Shown: piece after piece, positions 18,452 through 29,384 of the stretch
Layout of the letters: every line of letters starts with the position of its first letter
Numbering within the stretch: position 1 is the first letter of the stretch
DNA from: Nitrospirota bacterium
Lineage (GTDB): Bacteria; Nitrospirota; Thermodesulfovibrionia; Thermodesulfovibrionales; SM23-35
Length of the DNA: 61,848 nt
Assembly: GCA_040753955.1 (NCBI GenBank)
Contig: JBFMDQ010000005.1
Location: 1 to 61,848 of the forward strand
Reading direction: 5' to 3'
Position numbers and translations under genes: made by a program
The notes under the pieces: generated by a model
What the model was told of the DNA's origin: nothing
What the model saw: only the letters and a program-made list of their open reading frames with translations
Databases searched by the model: none

Positions 18452-18460
18452 AACTCTAAA

Positions 18461-19030
18461 ATGTACCTGAGGTGTTTTATAGCAATAGGAATACCTGAGC
18501 AAATAAAAGGAAATATTGGCGGGCTTATTGAAACCCTGAAAAAATACAATGCAGATGTGAAGTGGGTAACATATAAAAACCTCCATCTTACGCTCAAATT
18601 TCTCGGCAAGACACCTGAAGAGTTGTTACCTAAGATAGGTGAGTCTCTGTCTGATATAGTATTATCTTATGAGCCCTTTTGTATTAAAATATGTAATATC
18701 GGAGTGTTTCCAAACAGAAGATATCCGAGGGTGATATGGGTTGGGGTGGAAGATTCAGAGATACTTAAAAGACTTCAAAGGGGTATCGAAGATTCAATGG
18801 CATTGTTGGGTTATGAAAGGGAAGACAAAGAATTTCATCCCCATCTGACACTCGGAAGGGTACGCTCTCAGAAAGGAATGGCAGATCTGATCAATGAACT
18901 TGACAGCTTTGAGAGAAAGGACTTTGGAAGCGTAGAGGTCGGCGATATAAAACTGATGCGTAGTGAACTAAAACCTACAGGGGCTCAGTATTATTGTTTA
19001 CATGAGATACGGTTTGGGAGGGAAAAATGA
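18461..19030 (+). CDS. thpR: RNA 2',3'-cyclic phosphodiesterase (2H family)
   Basis: Two HxT motifs (LHLTLKF, PHLTLGR). Confidence 0.92.
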   Translation: MYLRCFIAIGIPEQIKGNIGGLIETLKKYNADVKWVTYKNLHLTLKFLGKTPEELLPKIGESLSDIVLSYEPFCIKICNIGVFPNRRYPRVIWVGVEDSEILKRLQRGIEDSMALLGYEREDKEFHPHLTLGRVRSQKGMADLINELDSFERKDFGSVEVGDIKLMRSELKPTGAQYYCLHEIRFGREK

Positions 19031-20025
19031 CTGATAAAGACAAGGCTAAGGCACTCGAAATGGCTATTACACAGATTGAAAAGAGTTTTGGAAAAGGTGC
19101 CATCATGCGGCTTGGCGCAGGGGGAGTCACTGAGGGCATTCAGGTAATACCTACCGGCTCTTTAGCCCTCGATATCGCAACAGGGATTGGTGGATTACCG
19201 AGAGGCAGGGTTATAGAGATATTCGGTCCTGAAGCCTCGGGGAAAACCACGCTGGCCCTAAGTGCTATTGCACAGGCACAGATAGGCGGTGGCTCTGCGG
19301 CCTTTATAGATGCGGAACATGCACTCGATATTAATTATGCACAAAAACTCGGTGTTAAAATAGAAGACCTCCTTATCTCACAGCCTGATACGGGAGAGCA
19401 GGCCCTCGAGATTGCAGAGGCCCTCGTAAGGAGCGGGGCCGTTGATATCATCGCTGTAGATTCGGTTGCTGCTCTTGTGCCCAGGGCAGAGATAGAGGGA
19501 GAGATGGGTGATTCCCTTCCAGGGCTTCAGGCAAGGCTGATGAGCCAGGCATTGAGAAAGCTCGCCGCTGCAATATCAAAATCCCTGACCACAGTAATAT
19601 TTGTCAACCAGATAAGGATGAAGATAGGTGTGATGTTCGGCAGTCCAGAGACTACCACAGGTGGAACTGCATTGAAGTTTTATTCCTCCATGAGGCTCGA
19701 CATAAGGAGGATAGATAACATTAAAGAGAATCAGGAGACCGTGGGCGGAAGGGTAAGGGTAAAGGTGGTAAAGAATAAGATGGCCCCTCCTTTCAAACAG
19801 GCTGAGTTTGATATATATTTTAATGAAGGGATTTCGAGGGTTGGAGAGATTGTTGACCTCGGTGTTGAAAGAGGCATTATCGAAAAATCAGGGGCATGGT
19901 ATAGTTACGGCGGCAACAGAGTCGGTCAGGGCCGCGAAAATGCAAAAGAGTTCTTGAAAAATAGTATAGAGGTTTCAAGAGAGATTGAGAAAAAGATTAT
20001 CGAGTCCTGTAACCTGAGGAGATAA
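19027..20025 (+). CDS. recA: Recombinase A
   Basis: [28 protein letters not shown] and [10 protein letters not shown] motifs. Confidence 0.99.
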   Translation: MTDKDKAKALEMAITQIEKSFGKGAIMRLGAGGVTEGIQVIPTGSLALDIATGIGGLPRGRVIEIFGPEASGKTTLALSAIAQAQIGGGSAAFIDAEHALDINYAQKLGVKIEDLLISQPDTGEQALEIAEALVRSGAVDIIAVDSVAALVPRAEIEGEMGDSLPGLQARLMSQALRKLAAAISKSLTTVIFVNQIRMKIGVMFGSPETTTGGTALKFYSSMRLDIRRIDNIKENQETVGGRVRVKVVKNKMAPPFKQAEFDIYFNEGISRVGEIVDLGVERGIIEKSGAWYSYGGNRVGQGRENAKEFLKNSIEVSREIEKKIIESCNLRR

Positions 20026-20027
20026 TC

Positions 20028-21167
20028 ATGGATATCAATGAGCTTTTGAAGAAGGCGCACTCATTAGATGCCTCAGACCTTCATATAAAGGTTGGATCTC
20101 CGCCGATACTTAGAATCTATGGAGAAATCACCCCCCTTACGTCGGAGGAAAGGGTAAGCCCTGAAGATGCATTGAGGATAGCCTTCTCTGTTATGACACC
20201 TGAACAGGGAGAGATATTCAAAAAGAGGAATGACATCGACTTTGCCTATAGTGTCTCCGGGCTAGGAAGGTTCAGATGTAACGTCTTCATGCAGAGGGGG
20301 ACGATAGGGATTGTTTTCAGGCTCATCCCGGTGAGGATCCCCACATTCGAGGAATTGCACCTCCCTGATGTTATTAAGAGGATTTCGATGGAAGAAAGGG
20401 GCTTGATCCTTGTTACAGGGACAACCGGTAGTGGAAAAACCACAACCTTAGCTGCAATGATAGACCTGATAAATACAAATAAAACAGAACACATCGTAAC
20501 CATTGAAGACCCGATAGAATATATACACAGTGATAAAAGAAGTGTAGTCAACCAGAGGGAGATAGGAAGCGATACTGAATCCTTCAGCAAGGCATTGAGA
20601 CAGGCCCTTAGACAGGACCCTGATGTAATACTCGTTGGGGAGATGCGTGATTTCGAAACCATCCAGACAGCATTGGTAGCGGCTGAGACAGGTCATCTTG
20701 TTTTGAGCACCCTGCATACAATAGATGCTACCGAGACAATCAATAGAATTATCTCTGTATTCCCCCCTTATCAGCATAAACAGGTGAGGATACAACTTGC
20801 ATCGGTGCTAAAGGGTATTATATCTATGAGGCTCATGCCGAAGTCAGACGGCAAAGGCAGGGTTCCTGCGGTTGAGGTTCTTGTAGCTACGACGACTGTA
20901 AAAGATTGCATCCTCGATCCAGATAAAACAAAATTAATCCATGATGTAATTACACAAGGGGCGATACATTATGGCATGCAGACCTTTGACCAGTCTCTCC
21001 TTGGCCTTTTTAAGTCAGGGCTCATAACCTTTGAAGAGGCACTTAGATGGGCCACAAATCCTGACGATTTTGCCCTCAAGGTAAAAGGCATCCAGTCCAC
21101 AAGCGACCTTGCATTTGAAGAACTTTCTGAGAAGGACAAGATGAAGATTGATAGGTTTGCACGATAA
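20028..21167 (+). CDS. pilT: PilT/PilU-family type IV pilus ATPase
   Basis: GTTGSGKTT, TIEDPIE, ALRQDPDVILVGEMRD and TGHLVLSTLHT motifs. Confidence 0.88.
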   Translation: MDINELLKKAHSLDASDLHIKVGSPPILRIYGEITPLTSEERVSPEDALRIAFSVMTPEQGEIFKKRNDIDFAYSVSGLGRFRCNVFMQRGTIGIVFRLIPVRIPTFEELHLPDVIKRISMEERGLILVTGTTGSGKTTTLAAMIDLINTNKTEHIVTIEDPIEYIHSDKRSVVNQREIGSDTESFSKALRQALRQDPDVILVGEMRDFETIQTALVAAETGHLVLSTLHTIDATETINRIISVFPPYQHKQVRIQLASVLKGIISMRLMPKSDGKGRVPAVEVLVATTTVKDCILDPDKTKLIHDVITQGAIHYGMQTFDQSLLGLFKSGLITFEEALRWATNPDDFALKVKGIQSTSDLAFEELSEKDKMKIDRFAR

Positions 21168-21621
21168 GGCAAGGCAATATGCCTTGAAGCTCCTGGGCTA
21201 CAGAGGAAGAAGCAGAAAGGAACTGGAAGAAAGGCTTACAAAAAAGGGGTTCTCTGAAACTGTGGTCTCCTCTACAATAAACTATCTCAGGGATGTAGGG
21301 CTTATTGACGACAGGGCATTAGCTGAGGCGTTGAAAAGAGAGGCAATAACAACAAAACTTTTCAGTCAATATGGTGCAAGGAAATTCATGCTTACCAGGG
21401 GCATACCGAGGGAGATTGTTGATTCGATGTTCATCCCTGATGAAAAAGAAGATATTGAGAATGCTAAGAGGCTTGTAGACAAAAAACTGAGGATTATGAA
21501 GAACTATCCAGCAGAAAAGATAAAGAGAAGACTATATAATCTTCTTCTCAGGAAGGGTTACTCCTTTGAGACGATAGAGGCTGTATTAAAGGGCAAAAAA
21601 TTTAAGGAGGATTTAAGATGA
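21148..21621 (+). CDS. recX: Regulatory protein RecX
   Basis: ALKLL..R.RS.KEL.ERL; LLRKGYS; downstream of recA. Confidence 0.88.
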   Translation: MIGLHDKARQYALKLLGYRGRSRKELEERLTKKGFSETVVSSTINYLRDVGLIDDRALAEALKREAITTKLFSQYGARKFMLTRGIPREIVDSMFIPDEKEDIENAKRLVDKKLRIMKNYPAEKIKRRLYNLLLRKGYSFETIEAVLKGKKFKEDLR

Positions 21622-21953
21622 AAAATACTATTCTTTTAGCCTTAGCCTTATTACTCCTTTTAGAGGTGGGCTGTGCAAAATCAATACGATACTCGGAAGA
21701 GGAGATAAAGGGCTTTCCACCTAATATCCAGGAACATATAAAAAGGGGTGAGGTCACCCCTGGTATGACCCAGTCTCAGGTCAGGTACTCATGGGACGCC
21801 CCTAGTTCGGTAAGGATACTGGCACCTTCTGAGGATGGCAAAAGTCGCGAGGAGTGGGTCTATGAAAGATTTAAAGTTTTCAAGACCAGGCTTATCTTTA
21901 CAGATGGAAAGATTACAGAGATAATATCCAATGACCCTGGAATAAGAAAATAG
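21618..21953 (+). CDS. Hypothetical lipoprotein (SmpA/OmlA-like small domain)
   Basis: Lipobox EVGC; GMTQSQV...EEWVY pattern. Confidence 0.65.
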   Translation: MKNTILLALALLLLLEVGCAKSIRYSEEEIKGFPPNIQEHIKRGEVTPGMTQSQVRYSWDAPSSVRILAPSEDGKSREEWVYERFKVFKTRLIFTDGKITEIISNDPGIRK

Positions 21954-21957
21954 GTTT

Positions 21958-24579
21958 ATGAAGAGCAGAGAAATAAGAGCCACTTTTTTTGAGTATTTTA
22001 AATCCAAAGGTCATACGATAGTCCCAGGCTCTCCTCTTATCCCACGACATGACCCTACCCTGCTCTTCGTAAATGCTGGAATGGTCCAGTTCAAAACATT
22101 TTTTCTCGGGGTAGAAAAGAGTCCTTATAATCGCGCTGCCTCATGTCAGAAGTGCTTGAGGGCTGGTGGAAAGCATAGTGACCTTGAGAACGTGGGACAT
22201 ACTGCGAGGCATCATACATTTTTCGAGATGCTCGGCAATTTTTCCTTTGGTGATTATTTTAAGAAAGATGCGATCCTTTTTGCCTGGGAACTTTTGACTG
22301 AATGGTTTAGATTGCCGAAGGAAAGGCTTTACGTATCTGTATATGAGAAAGATGATGAGGCTGCAGAACTCTGGTCTGAGCTGATAGGACTTCCTGAAGA
22401 AAGAATAGCAAGGTTTGGTCCAAAGGATAACTTCTGGCAGATGGGGGATATAGGCCCATGTGGCCCATGTTCTGAAATAATAATAGACCAAGGTAGCAGT
22501 ATAGGATGCGGCATGCCTGATTGTGCTGTTGGATGTGAATGCGACAGATTTCTCGAACTATGGAACCTCGTGTTTATGCAATACAACAGAGATGCGTCAG
22601 GTGAGCTGACCCCACTGCCAAAACCGAGTATTGATACAGGGATGGGGCTTGAGAGGATTTCTGCAGTGCTCCAGGGTAAGATAAACAATTTTGATTCAGA
22701 TATATTCAGGTCTGTTATATCTCAGATAGAGTTTTATACTAAAACAGCCTGTGGTAAAGACAAAGAGACCGATGTCTCGATAAGGGTTATCGCAGACCAT
22801 ATACGGGCTATAGTCTTTCTCCTCTCTGAGGGACTTATGCCTTCAAATGAGGGGAGGGGTTATGTATTGAGAAGAATAATCCGCAGGGCATCAAGACATT
22901 CAAGGCTCCTTACTGTGCATGAACCGTTCCTTTATAAATTGATTGATTCTGTTATTGATGTACTGGGAGATATCTACCCTGAAATTGTGGATGAACGCGA
23001 AAGGACAGAAAAACTCCTCAAGACAGAAGAGGAACGGTTTGCGAGAACTATTGAGATGGGAATGACTATATTTGATGAGATTATATCAAGGGTGAAAAGG
23101 GATGGCACCGATGTTATACCAGGAGAAGAGATTTTCAGACTCTATGATACCTATGGTTTTCCTCTTGACCTCGCCAGAGATATTGCGATGGATGTTGGAC
23201 TAAGAATTGATGAAGAGGCCTTTCAAAGGGAGATGGAAATACAGAGGGAGAGGGCAAGGGCATCGTGGATTGGAGAAGAAGAGGCTGTAGCCTCCATTTA
23301 CAGAGAATTAATCTCAGAGATAGGAGAAACGGAATTTATTGGCTATGAAAACCTCGAATCTGAATCCTTTATAAAAGCTATTTTAAGTGATGGAAAGTTG
23401 TTGAAAGAGACATCTGAAGGTGAAGAGGTTGAAGTCTTTCTTGATAAGACCCCCTTTTATGGTGAATCAGGTGGTCAGGTTGGTGACACAGGCGATATGG
23501 CTGGGAAAAATTTCAGAGCTATTGTCCTCGACACAAAAAGGCCCCTTGATGGTTTTCATTCACATCTCATCAGGCTTAAAAAAGGTAAACTCCGGGTATG
23601 GGATAAAATAAATTGCAGAGTTGATGCTGAAAAAAGAAAGGCAACCATGAGAAATCATACAGCCACCCATCTGTTGCATGCAGCCTTGAGGTCTGTCCTT
23701 GGAGACCATCTGAAGCAGGCGGGTTCCCTTGTGTCTCCAGAAAAACTACGTTTTGACTTTACCCATTTTTCTGCCCTTGATGAAATTGAGGTACAGACCA
23801 TTGAAAACTTGGTAAATGAGAAGATATTAGAAAACCTACCTGTTGTGACATCAGTTATGGATATAAAAACAGCCATTGAATCAGGGGCTACCGCACTATT
23901 CGGAGAAAGATACGGTAAGATAGTGCGTGTCGTAAGTGTTCCTGGTTTTACCTCTGAACTGTGTGGTGGAACTCATTGCAAGGCAACAGGTGAAATAGGA
24001 TCATTTGGGATTCTCTCGGAAAGTAGCGTTGCCTCAGGTATTAGAAGGATTGAGGCATTAACAGGAAATACAGCCCTTTCTTATCTCAGGCAGAAGAAAT
24101 CTGAGTTAGATGCAATTAAGACATTATTAAAGACGGAGAAACCACTGGAGAGAGTAAAAAGGCTTCTCAATAATATGAAGTCCCTCGAAAAGGAAATTCA
24201 GAAACTAAAAACTGGCTCCAGAGATTTAATATCAGAGGCACTGAAAGAGGCAAAAGAGTTAAAGGGAATAAAGGTTGTTAAGATCAGGCAAGATGGTCTT
24301 AATCCAGAGGAACTTCGCCATTTAGCTGATAATATAAAAGATCGTCTCCAGTCTGGTATTATTGTTGTTTCGTCAGTATCCGATGGCAAGGCTGCCATTG
24401 TTTGTATGGTAACAAGGGACCTGAAGGATAGATATAACGCAGGAGAGATAATAAAAGGGATAACTAAAATTGCAGGTGGAAGTGGTGGTGGCAAGCCTGA
24501 GATGGCTCAAGGCGGCACAAAAGAGATAGAAAAACTGGATAGAGCACTTGAGTCGATTTATGATATAGTTAAAAAATAA
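21958..24579 (+). CDS. alaS: Alanine--tRNA ligase
   Basis: LLFVNAGMVQFK, RHHTFFEMLGNFSFGDYFK, NHTATHLL, ELCGGTH and GGSGGGK motifs. Confidence 0.99.
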   Translation: MKSREIRATFFEYFKSKGHTIVPGSPLIPRHDPTLLFVNAGMVQFKTFFLGVEKSPYNRAASCQKCLRAGGKHSDLENVGHTARHHTFFEMLGNFSFGDYFKKDAILFAWELLTEWFRLPKERLYVSVYEKDDEAAELWSELIGLPEERIARFGPKDNFWQMGDIGPCGPCSEIIIDQGSSIGCGMPDCAVGCECDRFLELWNLVFMQYNRDASGELTPLPKPSIDTGMGLERISAVLQGKINNFDSDIFRSVISQIEFYTKTACGKDKETDVSIRVIADHIRAIVFLLSEGLMPSNEGRGYVLRRIIRRASRHSRLLTVHEPFLYKLIDSVIDVLGDIYPEIVDERERTEKLLKTEEERFARTIEMGMTIFDEIISRVKRDGTDVIPGEEIFRLYDTYGFPLDLARDIAMDVGLRIDEEAFQREMEIQRERARASWIGEEEAVASIYRELISEIGETEFIGYENLESESFIKAILSDGKLLKETSEGEEVEVFLDKTPFYGESGGQVGDTGDMAGKNFRAIVLDTKRPLDGFHSHLIRLKKGKLRVWDKINCRVDAEKRKATMRNHTATHLLHAALRSVLGDHLKQAGSLVSPEKLRFDFTHFSALDEIEVQTIENLVNEKILENLPVVTSVMDIKTAIESGATALFGERYGKIVRVVSVPGFTSELCGGTHCKATGEIGSFGILSESSVASGIRRIEALTGNTALSYLRQKKSELDAIKTLLKTEKPLERVKRLLNNMKSLEKEIQKLKTGSRDLISEALKEAKELKGIKVVKIRQDGLNPEELRHLADNIKDRLQSGIIVVSSVSDGKAAIVCMVTRDLKDRYNAGEIIKGITKIAGGSGGGKPEMAQGGTKEIEKLDRALESIYDIVKK

Positions 24580-24635
24580 GTTAAAAGTTGAAAGTGAAAA
24601 GTTAAAAGTTTTGAAGAGGTCTTTCACTTTCAACT
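24578..24635. repeat. Heptamer array (AAGTKRA)x4 with a downstream inverted copy
   Basis: AGTTGAAAGTGAAA 24586-24599 is the exact reverse complement of 24622-24635. Confidence 0.85.
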
Positions 24636-24654
24636 ATTTTTAGAGGAGGCGATT

Positions 24655-24960
24655 ATGAGTTTATTTGATATTGTCAGGAAGGCACTTTTAGCAGGTTTTG
24701 GGGCTCAGGAGAAAGTAAGAGAGTTTATTGATGATCTTGTGAAAAAAGGTGAACTCAGCAAATCCCAGGGAGCGAAGCTCATAAAGACATGGACAGAAAA
24801 GGCAGATAAAGGTACCGAGCGGTTCACCAAAAATGTTTCTAATATGATAAACAAGACCCTCGAGAAGATGAATCTACCGACAAAAAAAGATATTCAGGAA
24901 TTAAATAAAAAGATTGAAGCCCTTTCAAAAAAGCTTGAGGAGAGTGAAAAGAAAGAATAG
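24655..24960 (+). CDS. Phasin-family / PhaF-like small coiled-coil protein
   Basis: KALLAGFG...DDLVKKGELS...MNLPTKKDIQEL pattern; GAGGAGG RBS. Confidence 0.7.
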   Translation: MSLFDIVRKALLAGFGAQEKVREFIDDLVKKGELSKSQGAKLIKTWTEKADKGTERFTKNVSNMINKTLEKMNLPTKKDIQELNKKIEALSKKLEESEKKE

Positions 24961-25048
24961 TCCGGGTATCTCCCAAATCCTCATCTGGTTTTAACAATTG
25001 GAAACCCTTCTGCTCAGCCTGTTTCACAAGTTTTATTTTCTCTTTCCA

Positions 25049-25825
25049 TCAGTGCATTATCGATCCACCATCGACCACGAGCGTCTGTCCGGTAATAAAG
25101 TCGCTTTCTTCCGAGGCAAAGAACACAATTGCCCCGAGTAAATCAGAGGGTTGCTGCCTGCGCTTGAAGCATTGCGTGGCCACTATTAAATCAGGTAATT
25201 CTCCGAATTCTCTAGCCTCGACCGCCTCTATAATAGTTTCGCTATAAGTAAACCCTGAAGCGATACAATTCACATTGATGCCATAGTCACCGAGCTCTCT
25301 AGCCATCGCCCTGGTAATGCCTATAACCGCTGCCTTTGAGGTAACGTAGTGGAGAACCATGGGCGCTCCTGCAAAAAAGACGGTTGAAGATATATTGATG
25401 ATTTTGCCCTTACCCTGCCTCTTCATCTGCGGCATGACCGCCTTTATACAGAGCCATACCCCCTTCACATTTACTGCCATCACACTGTCCCACTCCTCAA
25501 CGGTGATCTGATCAGAGGGCTGCATGACCGGCGTTTTGGTTGGACGTTTGAGCATAATAGCAGCATTGTTGACCAGGATGTCAATTTTACCGAACGTTTT
25601 GATGGTTTTCTCTGCCATCTCCAGGGTACTTTTTTCGCTTGAGACATCGGCGTGGACGGCGATAGCCGTCCCACCTCTTTCCTCGATTTCCTTAGCTGTA
25701 ACCTCGGGATCACGAATAGCAGCAACCACAATCTTTGCCCCTTCATCTGCTAAACGTAAAGCATAAGCCTTGCCCAGACCCCGGGCACTACCAGTAACAA
25801 TTGCTACCTTGTCCTTCAATTTCAT
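25049..25825 (-). CDS. SDR family oxidoreductase
   Basis: TGSARGLG, NNAA, YVTSK catalytic motif, GQTLVVDGG. Confidence 0.92.
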   Translation of the reverse strand: MKLKDKVAIVTGSARGLGKAYALRLADEGAKIVVAAIRDPEVTAKEIEERGGTAIAVHADVSSEKSTLEMAEKTIKTFGKIDILVNNAAIMLKRPTKTPVMQPSDQITVEEWDSVMAVNVKGVWLCIKAVMPQMKRQGKGKIINISSTVFFAGAPMVLHYVTSKAAVIGITRAMARELGDYGINVNCIASGFTYSETIIEAVEAREFGELPDLIVATQCFKRRQQPSDLLGAIVFFASEESDFITGQTLVVDGGSIMH

Positions 25826-25838
25826 TGTGCCCCCTGGT

Positions 25839-26055
25839 TTAGAGCCATCCTTTTTCTTTCCAGTGATTGTAAGCGATGGGCATACGTTCCGGATACATCA
25901 AAATGAATTTACGAAATAGTTTTAAAGGGCCAGTCTTCCGAGAAAAGGTTTGGAGGGGATATTTTTTCTTCGTCCTGATGGCAGTTACTAAGTTCTTTCC
26001 AATTTATTTGCTCTGGTAAGAACCTGACCTTCTTTTAAGATATCACCGTCATATT
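25839..26055 (-). pseudogene. Frameshifted 3' remnant resembling a flavodoxin-like / iron-sulfur flavoprotein C-terminus
   Basis: DGDILKEGQVLTRANK / IGKNLVTAIRTKKKYP...YNHWKEKGWL* with one frameshift; family assignment from memory of such C-termini. Confidence 0.35.
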
Positions 26056-26064
26056 TTATCGTCA

Positions 26065-26547
26065 CTAACTTTTTTTAAACTTCCAGTAAAGGATCACGAA
26101 ATAGATGAGCAATAGACTTCCGTAATTTATTATCATAAACCAGCGCGCTCCCCAATTGATTCCGTTTATATGGAATTCGGAAAGAGGGTATAGAAATTTT
26201 GTTGGGAAAAACGCTTTCGTATGGGTTGGGATATCCATGGCAATGTGAATCGGCCATGCCCATAAGAAGAGAGGTATTTCTCTCGTTAAAGTAAACACCA
26301 AACCAAAAATAAGTGTGACTATTACCAGGCTATGAGTCAGATTATAGGCCGTAAATACGTAGTTAGGGATGCTTTCTAAAGGAGGTGGGCCAAATTTCAG
26401 CTTAATACCTTTGATACATATCTGGTGAATGAAATATGGAATAAAGGGTATGAGATCCGGAAGCATCCCCGTTACAATGACTAAACTAGGTGCTTTACTT
26501 TCCCTTAGGGTGGCATAACTCCATAATCCATGGGCAAATACATCCAT
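26065..26547 (-). CDS. Membrane-bound metal-dependent hydrolase-like protein
   Basis: AHG, LPD, HSL and IHIAMDIPTH metal-ligand pattern in a hydrophobic context. Confidence 0.7.
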   Translation of the reverse strand: MDVFAHGLWSYATLRESKAPSLVIVTGMLPDLIPFIPYFIHQICIKGIKLKFGPPPLESIPNYVFTAYNLTHSLVIVTLIFGLVFTLTREIPLFLWAWPIHIAMDIPTHTKAFFPTKFLYPLSEFHINGINWGARWFMIINYGSLLLIYFVILYWKFKKS

Positions 26548-26553
26548 CCGTTA

Positions 26554-27897
26554 CTAAAGTATATATCTGCTAAGGTCCTCATCTTTTACAATCCTACTTA
26601 GCTTCTCTCTGACATATCTTCTGTCTATCAAAAGTTTCCCATTCTTTCTCTCAGGTGCCTCAAAGGAAATGTCCTCAAGGAGCTTTTCAAGTACAGTGTG
26701 TAGCCTTCTTGCACCAATATTTTCTGTCTTTTCATTTACATGTGCTGCTATATCAGCAATCTCATCAATGGCATCCTCTGAAAAATCTATTTCCACGTTT
26801 TCTGTAGAAAGCAGGGCAGTATATTGTTTAATCAAGGCATTATAAGGTTCTGTCAGTATCCTTACAAAATCATCCTTGCCAAGGGGGTCGAGCTCAACCC
26901 TTATTGGAAAACGCCCCTGTAATTCAGGGATCAGGTCAGACGGTTTGGTCATGTGAAAGGCTCCGGCTGCTATAAAAAGGATGTGCTCTGTTTTTACAGG
27001 CCCATGTTTCGTTGTGACTGTACAGCCTTCAACTATTGGCAAAAGGTCCCTCTGGACGCCCTCACGTGAAACATCAGGGCCATGCGTATACCCTCTGCTT
27101 GCTATCTTGTCTATTTCATCAATAAATACAATACCTGACTGTTCAGCCCTTTCAGCCGCCTCCTTTGTCACTTTATCCATATCAATGAGTTTATTTGCCT
27201 CTTCCTGCAGCAGGATACCCAAAGCCTCAGGAACTTTAACCTTCCTCCTCTTTGACTTTTCAGGTAAGAAACTGCCGAGCATCTCCTTAAGGTTTATCTC
27301 AAGCTCTTCAAGCCCTACATTCGAAACGACACCGAAAGGTATTATCTTTTCTTTCACCTCTATATCCATATATCTGTTGTCGAGTTTTCCCTCCCTCAGC
27401 TGTGCCCTGAGCCTCTCCCTTGTCTCCTTATACCGTTCCCTTTCTTCCTCTTCAAGCCCTATTCCCTTTATTGTTCTTGGCTGTGGTAGAAGCAAATCAA
27501 GAATACGTTCCTCCGCAAGAACCTTTGCCTTTTCCTGAACCTTTTCTACGTGTTCTGATTTAACCATGCTAATAGATATCTCCGTCAGGTCTCTTATCAT
27601 TGACTCCACATCACGACCTACATAGCCCACCTCTGTAAACTTTGATGCCTCGACCTTCACAAATGGTGCATTTGCAAGCCTAGAGAGTCTTCTTGCTATC
27701 TCGGTCTTACCCACACCTGTAGGTCCTATCATAATTATGTTCTTTGGTAAGACCTCATCTTTCAGTTCAGGAGAAAGCCTTTGCCTTCTCCACCTGTTCC
27801 TCAGAGCGATAGCAACTGCCTTCTTTGCATTATGCTGGCCTATAATGTATTTGTCGAGCTCTTCTACTATCTTTCTTGGAGTAAGGTTATCCATCAT
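26554..27897 (-). CDS. hslU: ATP-dependent protease ATPase subunit HslU
   Basis: [35 protein letters not shown] and NIGARRL motifs. Confidence 0.99.
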   Translation of the reverse strand: MMDNLTPRKIVEELDKYIIGQHNAKKAVAIALRNRWRRQRLSPELKDEVLPKNIIMIGPTGVGKTEIARRLSRLANAPFVKVEASKFTEVGYVGRDVESMIRDLTEISISMVKSEHVEKVQEKAKVLAEERILDLLLPQPRTIKGIGLEEEERERYKETRERLRAQLREGKLDNRYMDIEVKEKIIPFGVVSNVGLEELEINLKEMLGSFLPEKSKRRKVKVPEALGILLQEEANKLIDMDKVTKEAAERAEQSGIVFIDEIDKIASRGYTHGPDVSREGVQRDLLPIVEGCTVTTKHGPVKTEHILFIAAGAFHMTKPSDLIPELQGRFPIRVELDPLGKDDFVRILTEPYNALIKQYTALLSTENVEIDFSEDAIDEIADIAAHVNEKTENIGARRLHTVLEKLLEDISFEAPERKNGKLLIDRRYVREKLSRIVKDEDLSRYIL

Positions 27898-27898
27898 T

Positions 27899-28429
27899 TT
27901 ATGGCAGTTCCTCTATAGTTATATTTTTATTTGTATAGATGCAAATATCAGAGGTAATCCTCATAGACTTTTCCACAATCTCCCTTGCTGAAAGAGATGT
28001 ATTTTCATAAAGTGCCCTTGCCGATGCCTGGGCATAAGGGCCCCCGGAACCGATGGCTGCGACTCCATCCTCAGGCTCGATAACATCGCCTGTGCCTGAG
28101 ATTATAAAGGTATGTTCTAAATCAGCTACTATCAGAAGGGCCTCGAGCCTCCTTAAAACCTTATCAGTCCTCCAGTCTTTTGCAAGCTCAACAGCAGCCC
28201 TCGTTATATTCCCCCTATAAGATTCGAGCTTGCCTTCGAATTTTTCAAATAATGTAAGTGCATCCGCTGTTGCCCCCGAAAAACCAGTAAGGACTCTCTC
28301 GCCAAACATCTTTCTTAACTTTTTTGCATTGTGTTTAAGGATAGTATTACCCACTGTAACCTGTCCGTCTCCAGCTATCGCAACCTTTGCATTACGCCTG
28401 ACGCATAATATTGTGGTACCTTTAAACAT
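27899..28429 (-). CDS. hslV: ATP-dependent protease subunit HslV
   Basis: TTILCVRR catalytic Thr; GDGQVT; AIGSGG. Confidence 0.99.
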   Translation of the reverse strand: MFKGTTILCVRRNAKVAIAGDGQVTVGNTILKHNAKKLRKMFGERVLTGFSGATADALTLFEKFEGKLESYRGNITRAAVELAKDWRTDKVLRRLEALLIVADLEHTFIISGTGDVIEPEDGVAAIGSGGPYAQASARALYENTSLSAREIVEKSMRITSDICIYTNKNITIEELP

Positions 28430-28467
28430 ATCCTCTCCAATATATTTATCTATATTATCTATTAAAT

Positions 28468-29367
28468 CTATGATACATCATCATGTTGATCTTTTGCAAA
28501 AGGATGTGCCCTGTCATAGATGTCTATTAAATGTGTAATATCCAGATGAGTGTATTTCTGGGTCGTGGAGAGGGATGAATGACCCAGAAGCTCTTGTATT
28601 ACCCTGAGGTCTGCACCGCTCTGAAGTAGATGGGTTGCAAATGTATGTCTCAGTGTGTGAGGTCCTATCTGTCCGTTGATACCTATCATCCTTGCATATT
28701 TAACCACTACACGTCTTGCTCCCCTTTCTGTCAACCTTGTCCCTGTTCTATTAAGAAACAAAGCCCTATTCTTACTTTTGAGTGGTATCCTCTCCACCAT
28801 ATATGATTTAATGGCATCAATCGCCTTTGAACCAACCGGCACTATCCTCTCTTTTCTACCCTTCCCCTTTACCTTTAACAACCCCTCCCTTGTGTTAATG
28901 TCATCTACATTGAGCCCTGAAAGTTCGCTTACCCTCAGACCACTTGAATATAGAAGTTCAAGGATGGCCCTGTCTCTTGCAGGTATAAACCCTGTCTCTT
29001 TAGATCTTTCAACAAGAGAAAAGACATCATCAACAGAAAGAAATCTGGGAAGGAGCTTTGGAACCTTCGGGTTTGAAACAAGTTTTGCCGGATTTGATTT
29101 TATGTAGCCCTCCCTGTGAAGGAATTTGAAAAAAGATCTTAAACTGCCAAGTCTTCTGCTTACAGTAGTCTTATTCAACCCTTGCCTAATCTGTCCTGCA
29201 ATGAAACCGCGCACATCGATCATATCTATAGTTTCTGGCTTTGTTTTTATGTATTCAAAAAACTTTTCAAGATCCTTCCTATAAGCCCTTAGGGTATGAG
29301 GTGATGCAGCCTTTTCGATCTCAAGATATCTAAGGAACTTATCAATATGGTCTTTCATATAAGTCAA
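28468..29367 (-). CDS. xerC: Tyrosine recombinase XerC
   Basis: [23 protein letters not shown] and LGH...TTQKY motifs; xerC-hslVU synteny. Confidence 0.93.
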   Translation of the reverse strand: MTYMKDHIDKFLRYLEIEKAASPHTLRAYRKDLEKFFEYIKTKPETIDMIDVRGFIAGQIRQGLNKTTVSRRLGSLRSFFKFLHREGYIKSNPAKLVSNPKVPKLLPRFLSVDDVFSLVERSKETGFIPARDRAILELLYSSGLRVSELSGLNVDDINTREGLLKVKGKGRKERIVPVGSKAIDAIKSYMVERIPLKSKNRALFLNRTGTRLTERGARRVVVKYARMIGINGQIGPHTLRHTFATHLLQSGADLRVIQELLGHSSLSTTQKYTHLDITHLIDIYDRAHPFAKDQHDDVS

Positions 29368-29384
29368 TAAACCTGTCTCCGATA

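Noticed and set aside
20028-21167. pilT between recA and recX as an unusual insertion
   Set aside because: Translationally coupled with host-like composition; this order is recalled from related anaerobes and is not distinctive
28468-29367. Tyrosine recombinase as a possible integron or phage integrase for the attC-like sites
   Set aside because: It is a 299-aa XerC in the conserved xerC-hslV-hslU order, with no visible IntI-specific insertion and far from the cassette
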